NCBI RefSeq assembly: GCF_018350175.1
Contig: NC_058373.1
Span: 104,286,001 to 104,350,000, forward strand
Reading direction: 5' to 3'
Source: Felis catus
Lineage: Eukaryota
Length of the DNA stretch: 64,000 bases
The stretch's first letter is position 1. Every line of letters begins with the position of its first letter. The translations under genes were made by a program, and so were the position numbers. The notes under the pieces were generated by a model. That model was given only the letters and a program-made list of their open reading frames with translations, was not told the origin of the DNA and did not search any database. Below are positions 53,600-64,000 of the stretch, piece by piece.

Positions 53600-53775
53600 G
53601 TCGTAAAGCCAGGCCTAGGAAACTTTACCCGGGGTAACAGCCGAGGCGCTTTACGGCGACGGCGGCTGAGTGTGAACCTTGGCGGCGGTGGAGGCGGCCG
53701 CGGCGGCGGAGGAGGCGGCGGCGGCGGCTGAGGAGGAAGAGGAGTGGCGGCAGTGGCGGCGGGGACCTGTGCGGG
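53600..53775 (+). other. NAA30: NAA30 non-coding exon 1 (5' end approximate) with interrupted GGC repeat
   Basis: Donor GGG|GTGAGC at 53775/53776; matching acceptor CCTCTAG|G one base before the ATG at 54055. Confidence 0.7.
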
Positions 53776-54054
53776 GTGAGCCTCGCGGAGGGGACAGGGA
53801 GGGGCCGGGGGTGACAGGGCCAGCGGATGGGTGCGGGAGGACGGGGACGGTGGCCGGCTGAACAGCTGGGCGGCGCTGAAGAGCGGGGGGGGCGCGGAAT
53901 TGGGGGGGCTGCTCCGTGAGGGACGGTTTCTGCCTTTGTTTCCCCCCCCTCCACCTTCGCCGCCCCCCCCCCCCCCCCCGCCCGACGCCCTCTCTGCTCC
54001 GCGCTCGTCCGCGGGGTCTCATGGCCTCCCCTCTCGGTCTGTGTCGCCTCTAGG

Positions 54055-54825
54055 ATGGCGGAGGTACCGCCTGGGCCTAGCAGCCTCCTCCCACCACCAG
54101 CACCTCCGGCCTCGGCGGCGGCCGAGCCCCGCTGTCCCTTCCCGGCGGGGGCCGCCCTCGCCTGCTGCAGCGAGGACGAGGAGGACGACGAGGAGCACGA
54201 AGGCGGCGGCGGCGGCGGCAGGAGCCCGGCGGGCGGCGAGGCGACGGCGGCGGCCAAGGGGCATCCGTGCCTCCGCTGCCCTCAGCCGCCGCAGGAGCAG
54301 CAGCAGCTCAACGGATTGATCAGCCCCGAACTGCGGCACCTCCGGGCGGCCGCCTCTCTCAAGAGCAAGGTTTTGAGCGCGGCCGAGGCGGCCACGACCA
54401 CGGCCACCCCCGACGGGGGGCCCAGAGCGACTGCAACAAAAGGAGCTGGGGTACACTCGGGCGAGAGCCCCCCTCACTGCCTCCCCAATAATGGAAGAAC
54501 TGCGCTCCCCAGCCCGGCGGAGGCAGTGGCGGCGAGCGATCCTGCGGCGGCCCGCAATGGACTGGCGGAGGGCACGGAGCAGGAGGAGGAGGAAGATGAG
54601 CAGGTGCGGCTGCTGTCTTCATCCCTGACCGCCGGCTGCAGTTTAAGAAGCCCCTCAGGCCGGGAGGTTGAGCCTGGGGAGGATCGGACGATACGTTATG
54701 TCCGATATGAATCCGAGCTACAAATGCCCGATATCATGAGACTGATCACCAAAGATCTGTCTGAACCCTACTCCATTTATACCTATAGATATTTTATCCA
54801 CAACTGGCCACAGCTGTGCTTCTTG
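54055..54825 (+). CDS. NAA30: N-alpha-acetyltransferase 30 (NatC catalytic subunit), first coding exon, codons 1-257
   Basis: [16 protein letters not shown]-terminus; Mak3/NAA30 motif [45 protein letters not shown]; phase-0 donor TTG|GTAAGT. Confidence 0.97.
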
Positions 54826-56839
54826 GTAAGTGGATGGAATGCAAAGAGGGTGAACGCAGCAGAGAGATCCAGGCCGTGCAGGGCAGGGAGTGTGAGGGCT
54901 GAGAGTGGCAGTGGATGTGTACTTCTGCGTTTCATAGTACGTTACATGATGTAAAGTGCGTGTCCACACTCCTAGTTTTTTAATGAAACTGTTTTGAAGG
55001 TAAGACTTCTTGATCTGGCTTAACTTGGTACTTATGTAAATGCAACAAGCCTGTATGATGCATGTTGGGGGTCTTCGATTCTGTTTATATTAGCTTATAA
55101 TCATGTTTAACCGTCTTTAATTACCCTCCCTCATCCTCAAAGCACTTTGCAATCATTTAATTTGAACATGGTTCTGTTCGGATACAGGCTTTATTAATCT
55201 CTCAATTACAGCCGTAATCAGGGAAGAGTGTATGCATAAACATGTTTTGGTGAACATGATTGTCAGTAAACTTGCTGTGGCCACATTGGGGAATTAAATC
55301 TTACAAGCGTTTTCCGTAATTATGGAGATTGTTTCCTTTTACTTCGACAGGACAATTCAGGACAATTAGCAGTTGTAGCCAGCCTGCTTTCTGGTGCTAG
55401 ATTGTAGAAGGCACTACTAACACTTCTGGTGGCTGAAAGACCCTGAAGCTCGAACAAAATACCGTTTTGTGGAATGTAGGAAACTTAAGTGTGAAACTGT
55501 TACTAATCTCATTTTTTCCTTTAAGAAACGATCATCCATATACGTACATATTAATAGTGACACAGGCTGTGTAAAGCACAGTTGACAAAATTTTTTGATT
55601 TCCATGTAAGTGAAAAAGATTTGGCTATGAAACAAGCTAAATAGTTTTCTTGTTGTTTTTTTTTTAATTTATGTACTACTGGCAGTACCAATAGTTTCTT
55701 CCAAAAAATATTGACCAATTTTATTCTGAAACCTTTCACTTAAATATTAACTGGAGGTATGTTTTGTATCGTGTCCTCACAAGCATTTTATTTCTTGAAT
55801 TTCACCAAAGAAAGGCAACATGCTTTTAAGAAATATTTTTTGCTATGTAAAGGGAGAAGCTACTACTATTTATGTTTTAGCATTGACGTAATTGCACTTA
55901 GCACTTCGTTGCACATCCCCCCAAGATGTTTTGACAGTTCTTTAGAAATCCATCTTTCTGATTCTGATTCTGTATGTTGGTGGTAATCTAAAAATATAAC
56001 CTCAGAATTATAGATAATGGTAGTTCTGCTGTTTTCTATGTTCACTTTGCTAAACTTCAATTTAGTATATTTGTTTAAACTGTAGGAACTATCTTATATT
56101 CTACAAAACTGCTCTTACAGGATTCTAACCATTGTATCAACATAGAAGTTCTAAGACATGCCTATGTCAGTGCATATGGGGATGATTTTATAGCACTATA
56201 TATGTGTCATTAAATGCCACTGTAATTGCTAAAAATTGTAGATTGATTCAATTGTAAATTTACCCACAAAAGTATATGACTGAGTCAAACCTTAAATTGA
56301 AATATGTATTTCTATTAATTACAGAAAATAGTTGTATATATAATATTTAGTCAGCTTTGGGTTCTGATGTTACCTGGACCTCTCTCAACTTGTCTTCCAT
56401 TTTCGACTCTGATAAACCTAATATTAAACTTTAGTTTTGATTTTACGTAGACTCCTTCCAGTTCGCCAGCTAATTTGTACTTTAGTTCTTAATAGTTTGT
56501 TTAATATTAAATTCTGAATATCTGGAAATTGAGATATGTACAAGTGGTTGACATCTAAGATTTATTAGTGCAAGTATGTATCTGGAGATATGGAACAGAA
56601 AACAATAGTTAATCAGAGGCCACTTAGAATTGGGGCCTTTATGTTGGCGTTTAAAAAATTTGAATTTCCTCTAAGAACAATTTAAAATAAATATAAGTGT
56701 GTATGTTTATTTTAAATCATATCATTTTAGAACTCTAACGGGTCTTAAATATAATCTAGCTCAACTTAATTTTTTTTTTTTTAATGAAAAAAATTAAGGA
56801 CCCGAGTGACTTAAAAATGTTTAAATCTTCAGATATTTA

Positions 56840-57190
56840 GGGGTGCCTGGCTGGCTCAGTCCATGGAGCATCCGACTCTTTTTTTGTTTTTTAATGTTAA
56901 TTTTTGAGGGAGAGAGAGAGAGAGTGCGAGCGAGCCAGCAGGGAGGGGCAGAGAGAAGGAGACAGAGAATCCCAAGCAGGCTCCATGCTGTCAACACAGA
57001 GCCTGATACGGGGCTCTAATTTACAATCCATTGGATCAAGACCTGAGCTGAAATCAAGAGTCGAATGCTTAGCCAACTAAGCCACCCAGGTGCCCCATAG
57101 CATGGTGCTGTTGACCTCAGGGTAGTGAGTTTGAGCCTCAAGTTGGATATAGGGATTACTTAAAAATAAAATCTTAAAAAAAAAAAAAGC
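56840..57190. mobile_element. Short + Can-SINE interrupted by a - strand Can-SINE (~56878-57096)
   Basis: Outer TSD CTTCAGATATTTAG; outer head breaks after GACTCTT and resumes at ~57100. Confidence 0.87.
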
Positions 57191-58039
57191 TTCAGATATT
57201 TAGTGGCAGAGAGGTAAAGTTAGAACTTTACCTGACCTCTCATTATGGACATAAGTAAGAATCTGAAAAATGACATACCCTTGATCTTCAGGGAAGATCA
57301 TTGTGTCCCCAAGTTATATTGCCCTGGCAAACATCAATAATCTCAAGAGATTAAAAACCTCCAAAATGTTTTTGGTTTCTATATATAACCTGTAATGGAT
57401 CAAATGGAATGTATGAGGTTGAACCTTCCGTAGAAAATTGCCAGCACTTGACCAAACCTGACTAACAAAAATGACAGTTTCTTATGGCTCTTCTAATAAT
57501 TGTAACAGATGTGATAGTAGAGTACTATACAAATGGGAGATCCTGTCAATTTTTCTGTTCTTAACTAATTTATCTTTGCCATTTTTGAGTTCATGGTATT
57601 TTTATCTTTTAGTGCCTTTTTGAACTTCTTAAACTTATTACCAGTGATGTACTATAGTATTTCTGTTTATTCTAAATTTAACTTTCTGGCTTCCTCTGTT
57701 TTCCTATGTATAGCATTCTGGAATTTGGGAATTTCTATTTCATACAACTTGTAGTTTTCAAGTTTTGTAGATTGACAAGCAATTGGCCTTGTAGAGTTAA
57801 GTCTTAATCTTGCCAAGATTTTTTCAGTTCCCATCCTTGAAAAAGGAACACATTTAATAGTATGACTTCCAAATATATGTGGAGAAGCTTTTATTTGGAA
57901 AAATTGATAAGCAGTTTAGTAATTCTTACATATTCATCAGCAATTTCTCAGGAAAAAATAGCAGGGTAGGCCTTCCTCTCTACGAATATCTTATTAGAGT
58001 ACGTTATATATTGGGCTTTTATTTTTTTGTAATTTTTAA

Positions 58040-58247
58040 AAAAAATTTTTTAACATTTTTTACTTGTTTTTGAGAGACAGAGCATGGATGGGGGAAGGGC
58101 AGAGAGAGAGGAAGACAGAGAATCTGAAGCATGCTCCAGACTCTGAGCTGTCAGCACAGAGCCTGACATGGGGCCCGAACCCACGAGCCATGAGATCATG
58201 ACCTGAGTGGAAGTTGGACGCATAACTGACTGAGCCACCCAGGTGCC
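58040..58247 (-). mobile_element. Can-SINE
   Basis: Reverse head; flanking ATTGGGCTTTTATTTTTT repeats. Confidence 0.9.
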
Positions 58248-58576
58248 ACATTGGGCTTTTATTTTTTAACGATGAGTACCACTTGATTTTTGCTCCTACA
58301 TATTCTTAACTAGGAAGAGTCAATCTAGTCCAAGCATGAACTGATAAAATACTTTGTTCACCTTTTACTACCTTGGTCAAAAGAAGATTTGTTTGAAATT
58401 CCTATCCAATTTGGAAGTATTGTCCAAATGTATTGTATCTAGTGGTTTTGATTCTTTCTTCTTTGGGATGGTTTATTAATTGTGAAATGTAGCTGTCCTA
58501 CAGTTTTATATCATAGACTTATATAGATTTCCGTTTTCCCTAATTTACAACCTTAGGTCACAAAGTTTTTTAATGT

Positions 58577-58686
58577 GGGGTGCCTGGGTATGGTTCTGTC
58601 ATTTAAATGTCCTACTCTTGATCTCAGGGTCGTGAGTTTGGGCCCCACGTTGGGCTCCATGCTGTGCGTGAAGCCTACTTAAAAAA
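58577..58686 (+). mobile_element. Short Can-SINE
   Basis: GGGGTGCCTGGG head to GCCTACTTAAAA; flanks AAAGTTTTT.AATGT. Confidence 0.82.
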
Positions 58687-58844
58687 GTTTTTAAATGTAC
58701 TTTTGGGCCTAACATGTATGTACATACATATATACACAACCACATATATTTGAGATGAGTTAATTTAAAATCAGAAAATGCTGTCAGAGTTGTTCAACCA
58801 GGCCACTTTTGTGTGTATTTCAGCTATTATTTCATAAATTTTAA

Positions 58845-58909
58845 GTTTGTTTTTTTTTTAATTTATTTATTTTGAGAGAGAGTAGAGTGTGAGTGAGAGC
58901 TGGGTAGGG

Positions 58910-58948
<39 letters not shown>

Positions 58949-59074
58949 CCCAAGCAGGCTCTGCACTGAGAGTGCAGAGCCTGACGCTGGGCTCAAACTC
59001 ACAAACTGCGAGAACATGACGTGAGCCAAAATCAAGAGTCAGATGCTTTACTGACTAAGCCACCGAGGTGCCCC
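58845..59074 (-). mobile_element. Can-SINE with (GA)n
   Basis: Poly-T, core, reverse head. Confidence 0.9.
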
Positions 59075-60509
59075 AGAAATTTTGGTTTTGTAAACAGCTT
59101 TTACAGAACCAGATTGATTTATTGTGAATGAAAATGGAAGTAACAGTTTTAGAGGTTTATTGTCCAAGATAGTTTTGGATTGTGTGATAAAACAGAAATG
59201 AATTAAGTGGATTATTCAATTTAATATCCCTTCAAAAGGATTTTTCTGACCTAGTTCAGGTTTGTGTGAAATGGATTGGAATTATCTAAAAGATTTTTCT
59301 CACAGTTTAAAAAAGTCTTTTTAATCATTTTACAGAATGATGAATTAAATGTCACATCAAAATGAAGTTAAAATTAAGTGTAAACTGGGCTTTTTAATTT
59401 TTTAAACCAATTCCTGGTTTTTGCTGTTGAAATAGTTTCTTCTGGAAATTCTATTTTATTAAGAGATAATTTGAAGTTTTCATATTTTTTAAATGAGTGC
59501 TCTTTAGAGCAAACAAATACTTCTAACTAGCTGACACATTATTAAACAGTTAAAGCTATTGCCCTATTGATATTTACCAGAATACAGTATTACTAGAACT
59601 TTTCATCAGTGACAGAACTTTTGAAAAACTTATTTTCAATGGTAACACTGGAAATCTTAATAAAAATGGGGGATTATTAGCATTTATTCAGCATTTAACC
59701 TTTAATACTCTGGAAAGACATAAATTTTTATTAAAGTAGCTCTGTAAAATTAAAGCTTTCACTTTAATATGAAGCTCTGGTTTTAAGTTCTAGATATTCT
59801 TTGAGCTTTGTGATAATGACGTTGTCGGGAGTGACCAGACCATTGAATATCTTGGTCTTTGTAGTCCTTCACTAACAAAAACCCTTGGGGAGGATCCAAG
59901 GAATACCTTAATAACCATCTTTTTTTGTGAAAGTCGTTTGCATTTTTTTGTCTTTGTTTTTGTTTTTTTTCCTGCTCAAAATCGAACTCTACTGTCAGGT
60001 AGTATAAATATTAGGTGTTCTGTCTTTCACTAAAACTTTGTTAGAATTACATTTAAATTTATAGTACTTTGATAAGTTTCACAGTATTTTATACCCTAAT
60101 GAAGAGACATTTTCTTTCTTTCTTTTGAAGAGACATTTTCTTAACAAAATTACTTTCACGTATTTCTCCCCAAATCTTAAATATGTAGGTCTTTATTGCA
60201 AATAATTATAAGCACCTCTTATAAAGTACTTGAGTATTAACTTTGTGGAAATCTTGCTTTTTCCCCCCAGGCTTTGATAATGAGCATAAGACATTTATGC
60301 CCTAAACAGTGTTGAAAGATTTTAAAACTGGAACTTCTGAAGGAGTTCTGGGATTTAGATTTCTGAAACTTCTGTGATTGCTTTGTTACTAGAATTCTTC
60401 TCTCTTCTTTCCTCAAAAATGCTGACCAGTGGTTGGTTGCTGTTTCCCTGGGTAATTGTGCGGTACCTGACGGCAATGTATTCTTCATAACTGTTTGTTT
60501 ATTTTTAAG

Positions 60510-60633
60510 GCCATGGTAGGGGAGGAGTGTGTAGGTGCCATCGTTTGCAAGTTGGATATGCACAAAAAGATGTTCCGCAGAGGTTATATAGCCATGTTAG
60601 CCGTGGATTCCAAGTACAGGAGAAATGGCATTG
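60510..60633 (+). CDS. NAA30: NAA30 second coding exon (124 nt)
   Basis: Acceptor [52 protein letters not shown](G), GNAT acetyl-CoA motif; phase-1 donor G|GTAAGG. Confidence 0.97.
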
Positions 60634-62421
60634 GTAAGGAAAATATTATGTCACTAAAAGAATGCATAAGTTATTTTCATTTTTGTTTTTTGAAGCAAAA
60701 GACTTAAATGTAAATATATAGAAATGAGAAAGACGCTAAGGGGAGAAAATTAAGGTTATTTTTATTTCAAAATATTTTCAAAATGTTCCTAAAATGAATT
60801 GTTTTCTTTATTAGTGTTTTGTTTGAGAAATTGTCTTTCTAATAAGTAACTAGTGAATCAGTTTTTACTTCCAAACATTTTTTTGATCACATTCAAAATG
60901 CTTCGCATTGTACTACGTACTGCAGCTCTTAATAGCATTTTGGGGCACTTGATCACAGCTCTCTAGGAGCTGTCTATACTTGGGTTAAGTGGAGCTCAAG
61001 GCAAAATTAAGGAGAAATTGTTACCATTATTTAGTTCTAGTCCTCAAACATTATATTAGCAATTCAGGGAGGACCAGGAGAATTGTTTCTTACTATTCCC
61101 AAATTCATCTCTTTCTTGGGTCTACTATTCCTGGCATTTTCAGTCAATCTTATACTTATGATTTATAATGGTCATTAGAATCATGTGGGTGATTTAAAAA
61201 CAAATGTTTCAGTCTCTCTTCCTGAGAATGTTGTGTGTCCTGTTAGAAGTAGGACTGAAGTGTCCCCAGCTGACTGTGATATAAGCCTGGTTAAGAACTA
61301 CTGTCCTAGTGTCTAGGACCTACTGGCTCTTTGTTCAGGATGGGGGATTGAGCACTTGTCAGAGCATGTCAAATCCTGGGATCTAGTGAAGCTAAGTAAG
61401 TATTTGTGAAAGAAGAATTGATGCCTATTCCGGTATTTAGTTACTAGCAGTTTGTCACTTGTAGTTTGTTGTTGTTGTTGTTTCAAATACGAGTATTATT
61501 GTCCAATTTAAGAGTTTCATACAGTCTGAGAGGTCATGAGAAATCATTGTGAGTATGCTGACTTAATACATTAGATTTAACCAACTTATTTTTTACAGTG
61601 TTAAGAGTTTACTGCTAGGGTTTTTAATGAATTGGACCTGTTATATTGATGCATTGAAAAGAGCTGATAAGAGCTCATGGCAAATGATAGGCAATTATCT
61701 GTCTAGTTCAGAGGGCAGAAACTGGTGGCTTGAGGATTGCATCCTGACCTTCAGACATTTTGTTTGGCCCATGTAATGTGTTCTTGGTCATGTACATGGT
61801 TTGAAAATGAAGAGATTTCCTAACAATTTGGTTTTCTTAGAATCAGATTTGTCAGTTTTTTCCCTTTAATGTACCACGTGTATCTGACCCTAAACCAGGA
61901 TACATTTAGCTGGACATTTACAGAGACACCACTGGCATCATTTGGGAATGCCCGGACTCACTGGAAGGTTTGTAGGAGCCAACCCAGTGTCTTGGGTCCA
62001 CTCTGGGCCACAGCAGTTTCTGGTGTGATCTTTGGCAAGATTGGCCCAAGGGTCTTATAGCTTCTGGCTAGTTCAAGGATTTCCTGGGCTGTTCTGGCCG
62101 TACCATATCTTGCCTTTTTCTTTTTTCCCTTTTCTCTTACTTTCAAACAGAAGAGCACAAACTCCTGCTTGGAGCAAATAATTACACCTGAGAAAAAGAG
62201 ATGCCTAAGGAGCTATGTCTTTTAAGAGGGAACTTATATTACTATGTGTAGGTTTGTTGGGCTCTCAGTTTAAATCTGAATTTTTTCTCACTTAAGATAG
62301 TCTGTTGTCTGCGTTCAAGGTAGAACCCAGCATTTGATATTTCTGTGCTTATAAATACGATAATTTAGGTATCCTTAAGAAACTAAATTTTCCTTCATTA
62401 ATACTCAGATCTATATTCTAG

Positions 62422-62477
62422 GTACTAACTTGGTTAAGAAAGCTATATATGCCATGGTTGAAGGAGACTGTGATGAG
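62422..62477 (+). CDS. NAA30: NAA30 third coding exon (56 nt); gene continues beyond the window
   Basis: Acceptor TTCTAG|GT; (G)TNLVKKAIYAMVEGDCDE; donor GAG|GTAAGT; frame consistent (771+124+56=951 nt). Confidence 0.96.
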
Positions 62478-64000
62478 GTAAGTCTTTCTAAATGTTTAAA
62501 ACCTTTTTTCCTAGTCTGTATTTTATCAGTTTGGTTTTTAAATAAATATCCCACAATAAATTGTATTGCAAATTTCATTGCAAACTATTATTATAACATT
62601 GTAGCTTGTGGTGAAAAGCACTTGAGTTTTGACCTAGAACAAATTCTAAGATGATAATGGGAGCTAAAATTTGTTTTTTGTCAAAACATAAAGGTGAAAT
62701 CTTAGACATTTTCAGTAAATAATTGGTATTCAGGGGAATTGGTATTCAGAGGATTTGTTATCAGTTAAGTCATTTAAGGTGGCTCTTATTACATATCTTA
62801 CTGTAATTTCCTTACATATCGGCCTTAGTTTCTCTCTAAATAACTTTTTTTTTGTTTAATCTATGGGCCAACTGTCAGTTCATATGAAAGACATTTCATG
62901 CTTGAAAAAAAAAAATCAGCATTAGCTAATGATAAGGCTAAGGAGAAAAAAAGACAACCACTTTTAAAATTAGACCTGTCTATGTTTCAACCTAAGAGCA
63001 TCTTTTCTGTTTAGCTTGTTTGTACAGCCTAACCACAGGTATAAATTTTTTGGTATCCTACAGCACTGTGCCATACACATGGTGAGTGCTCCATAACTAA
63101 TGGTGATGGTTGGGAATGTTACAATTTACTGTTTCAGGTGGAAGAGAGTAAGTATAAACTAGAGAAGTGTAGATGTTTTTAATATAGCAATGGTGACTAT
63201 GAAGGAACAAAGTTGTATGATGCTAGTAACTTTATGAACGTTACAAGGGACAGTTGTCTTTGTTATTAGAGGGCAACTATGCCTTAGAGAGTTCTCAAAA
63301 TACTTGAAATTAGGTAATTTTTCCTCAAAAGTTTGTAACTTGTTTTGATAATTTTTTAAGGTGGGTTTTTTTTCTGTACAAAATTTATACACACTCATTA
63401 ACCATTATATGTATGTGTATATTTGGGGGTGCAAAGTCCCTTCTTTCACTGTCCTCACACTCTTCAATGCTTTGTTCTTCTTTCCACTTATAGCTACTGT
63501 TAATCTTTAAATATGTATCCTCACATTCTAAGCACACATCTTAGCTGTGTAATAGTTTTTCTTTATACAAACGAAACCATAATTATTATTCTGCAATAAT
63601 TTACTTTTTTCATTTAACAGTATCTCGGGAACATGTTTCCATGTCAGAATACAGAGATTTACCCTAGACTATTCTCATGCTCCTTGTTCACATTAGTTTG
63701 TATTCCGACAGGCCACACTAAATAATGGTTGTATGAGTAGGCCTACAGATACATTGGGTAGCACGGAGGAAGTCATCCTGAGATATCAGGGCATTCAGTG
63801 TTATTTCAAATAAGCTAATTCACATACACTGGAGGATCTCATATAATTCACAGCTATTAATATCAAGAAGTAAAAGATGCAGTGACCCTGACCATTTTAA
63901 TGTAACTAAAATTTGCAGAAAAGGATTGGACTGCATATGTTGATCTGTTTGGACCATAGTCACACTGGTGTAGCTCATCAGGAAGAGAAGTCAAGCTTCA

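Larger units (their letters stand above)
53180..54900. promoter_or_regulatory. CpG island / NAA30 promoter
   Basis: Very GC- and CpG-rich; GC boxes (CCCCGCCC), ETS-like GGAAGTG ~53594; spans exon 1, intron 1 and exon 2. Confidence 0.93.

Noticed and set aside
53274..54622. Long overlapping ORFs on both strands (e.g. 210 aa at 53625-54257 minus)
   Set aside because: Low-complexity Pro/Arg/Ala frames expected in a CpG island; no recognisable domain
54826..54954. Last 42 codons of the 299-aa ORF 54055-54954
   Set aside because: Read-through past the canonical GTAAGT donor into intron; NAA30 similarity resumes at 60510
62721..62752. Short tandem duplication AATTGGTATTCAG
   Set aside because: Ordinary two-copy slippage; no array or CRISPR-like structure anywhere in this eukaryotic window

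Overview
Mammalian genomic DNA from a carnivore, most likely a felid: it is dense in tRNA-Lys-derived Can-SINEs, including young cat-type copies, plus carnivore L1s. The right end holds the CpG-island promoter, non-coding exon 1 and the first three coding exons of NAA30 (NatC catalytic subunit, + strand; last exon lies beyond the window). The ~53 kb upstream is mostly repeat-rich intergenic DNA. The main find is a decayed, intron-containing class A (rhodopsin-like) GPCR gene at ~27.24-29.66 kb (+). Its TM1-TM2, ICL2-TM4 and ECL2-TM5-ICL3-TM6-TM7-helix 8 pieces lie in the correct order, with splice acceptors, so it looks like a unitary pseudogene of an orphan receptor. Secondary observations include a near-cognate overlapping upstream ORF and nested palindromes at the NAA30 start, an orphan CpG-rich patch, and several informative retrotransposition scars. 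Repeat family names and boundaries are by eye and approximate.
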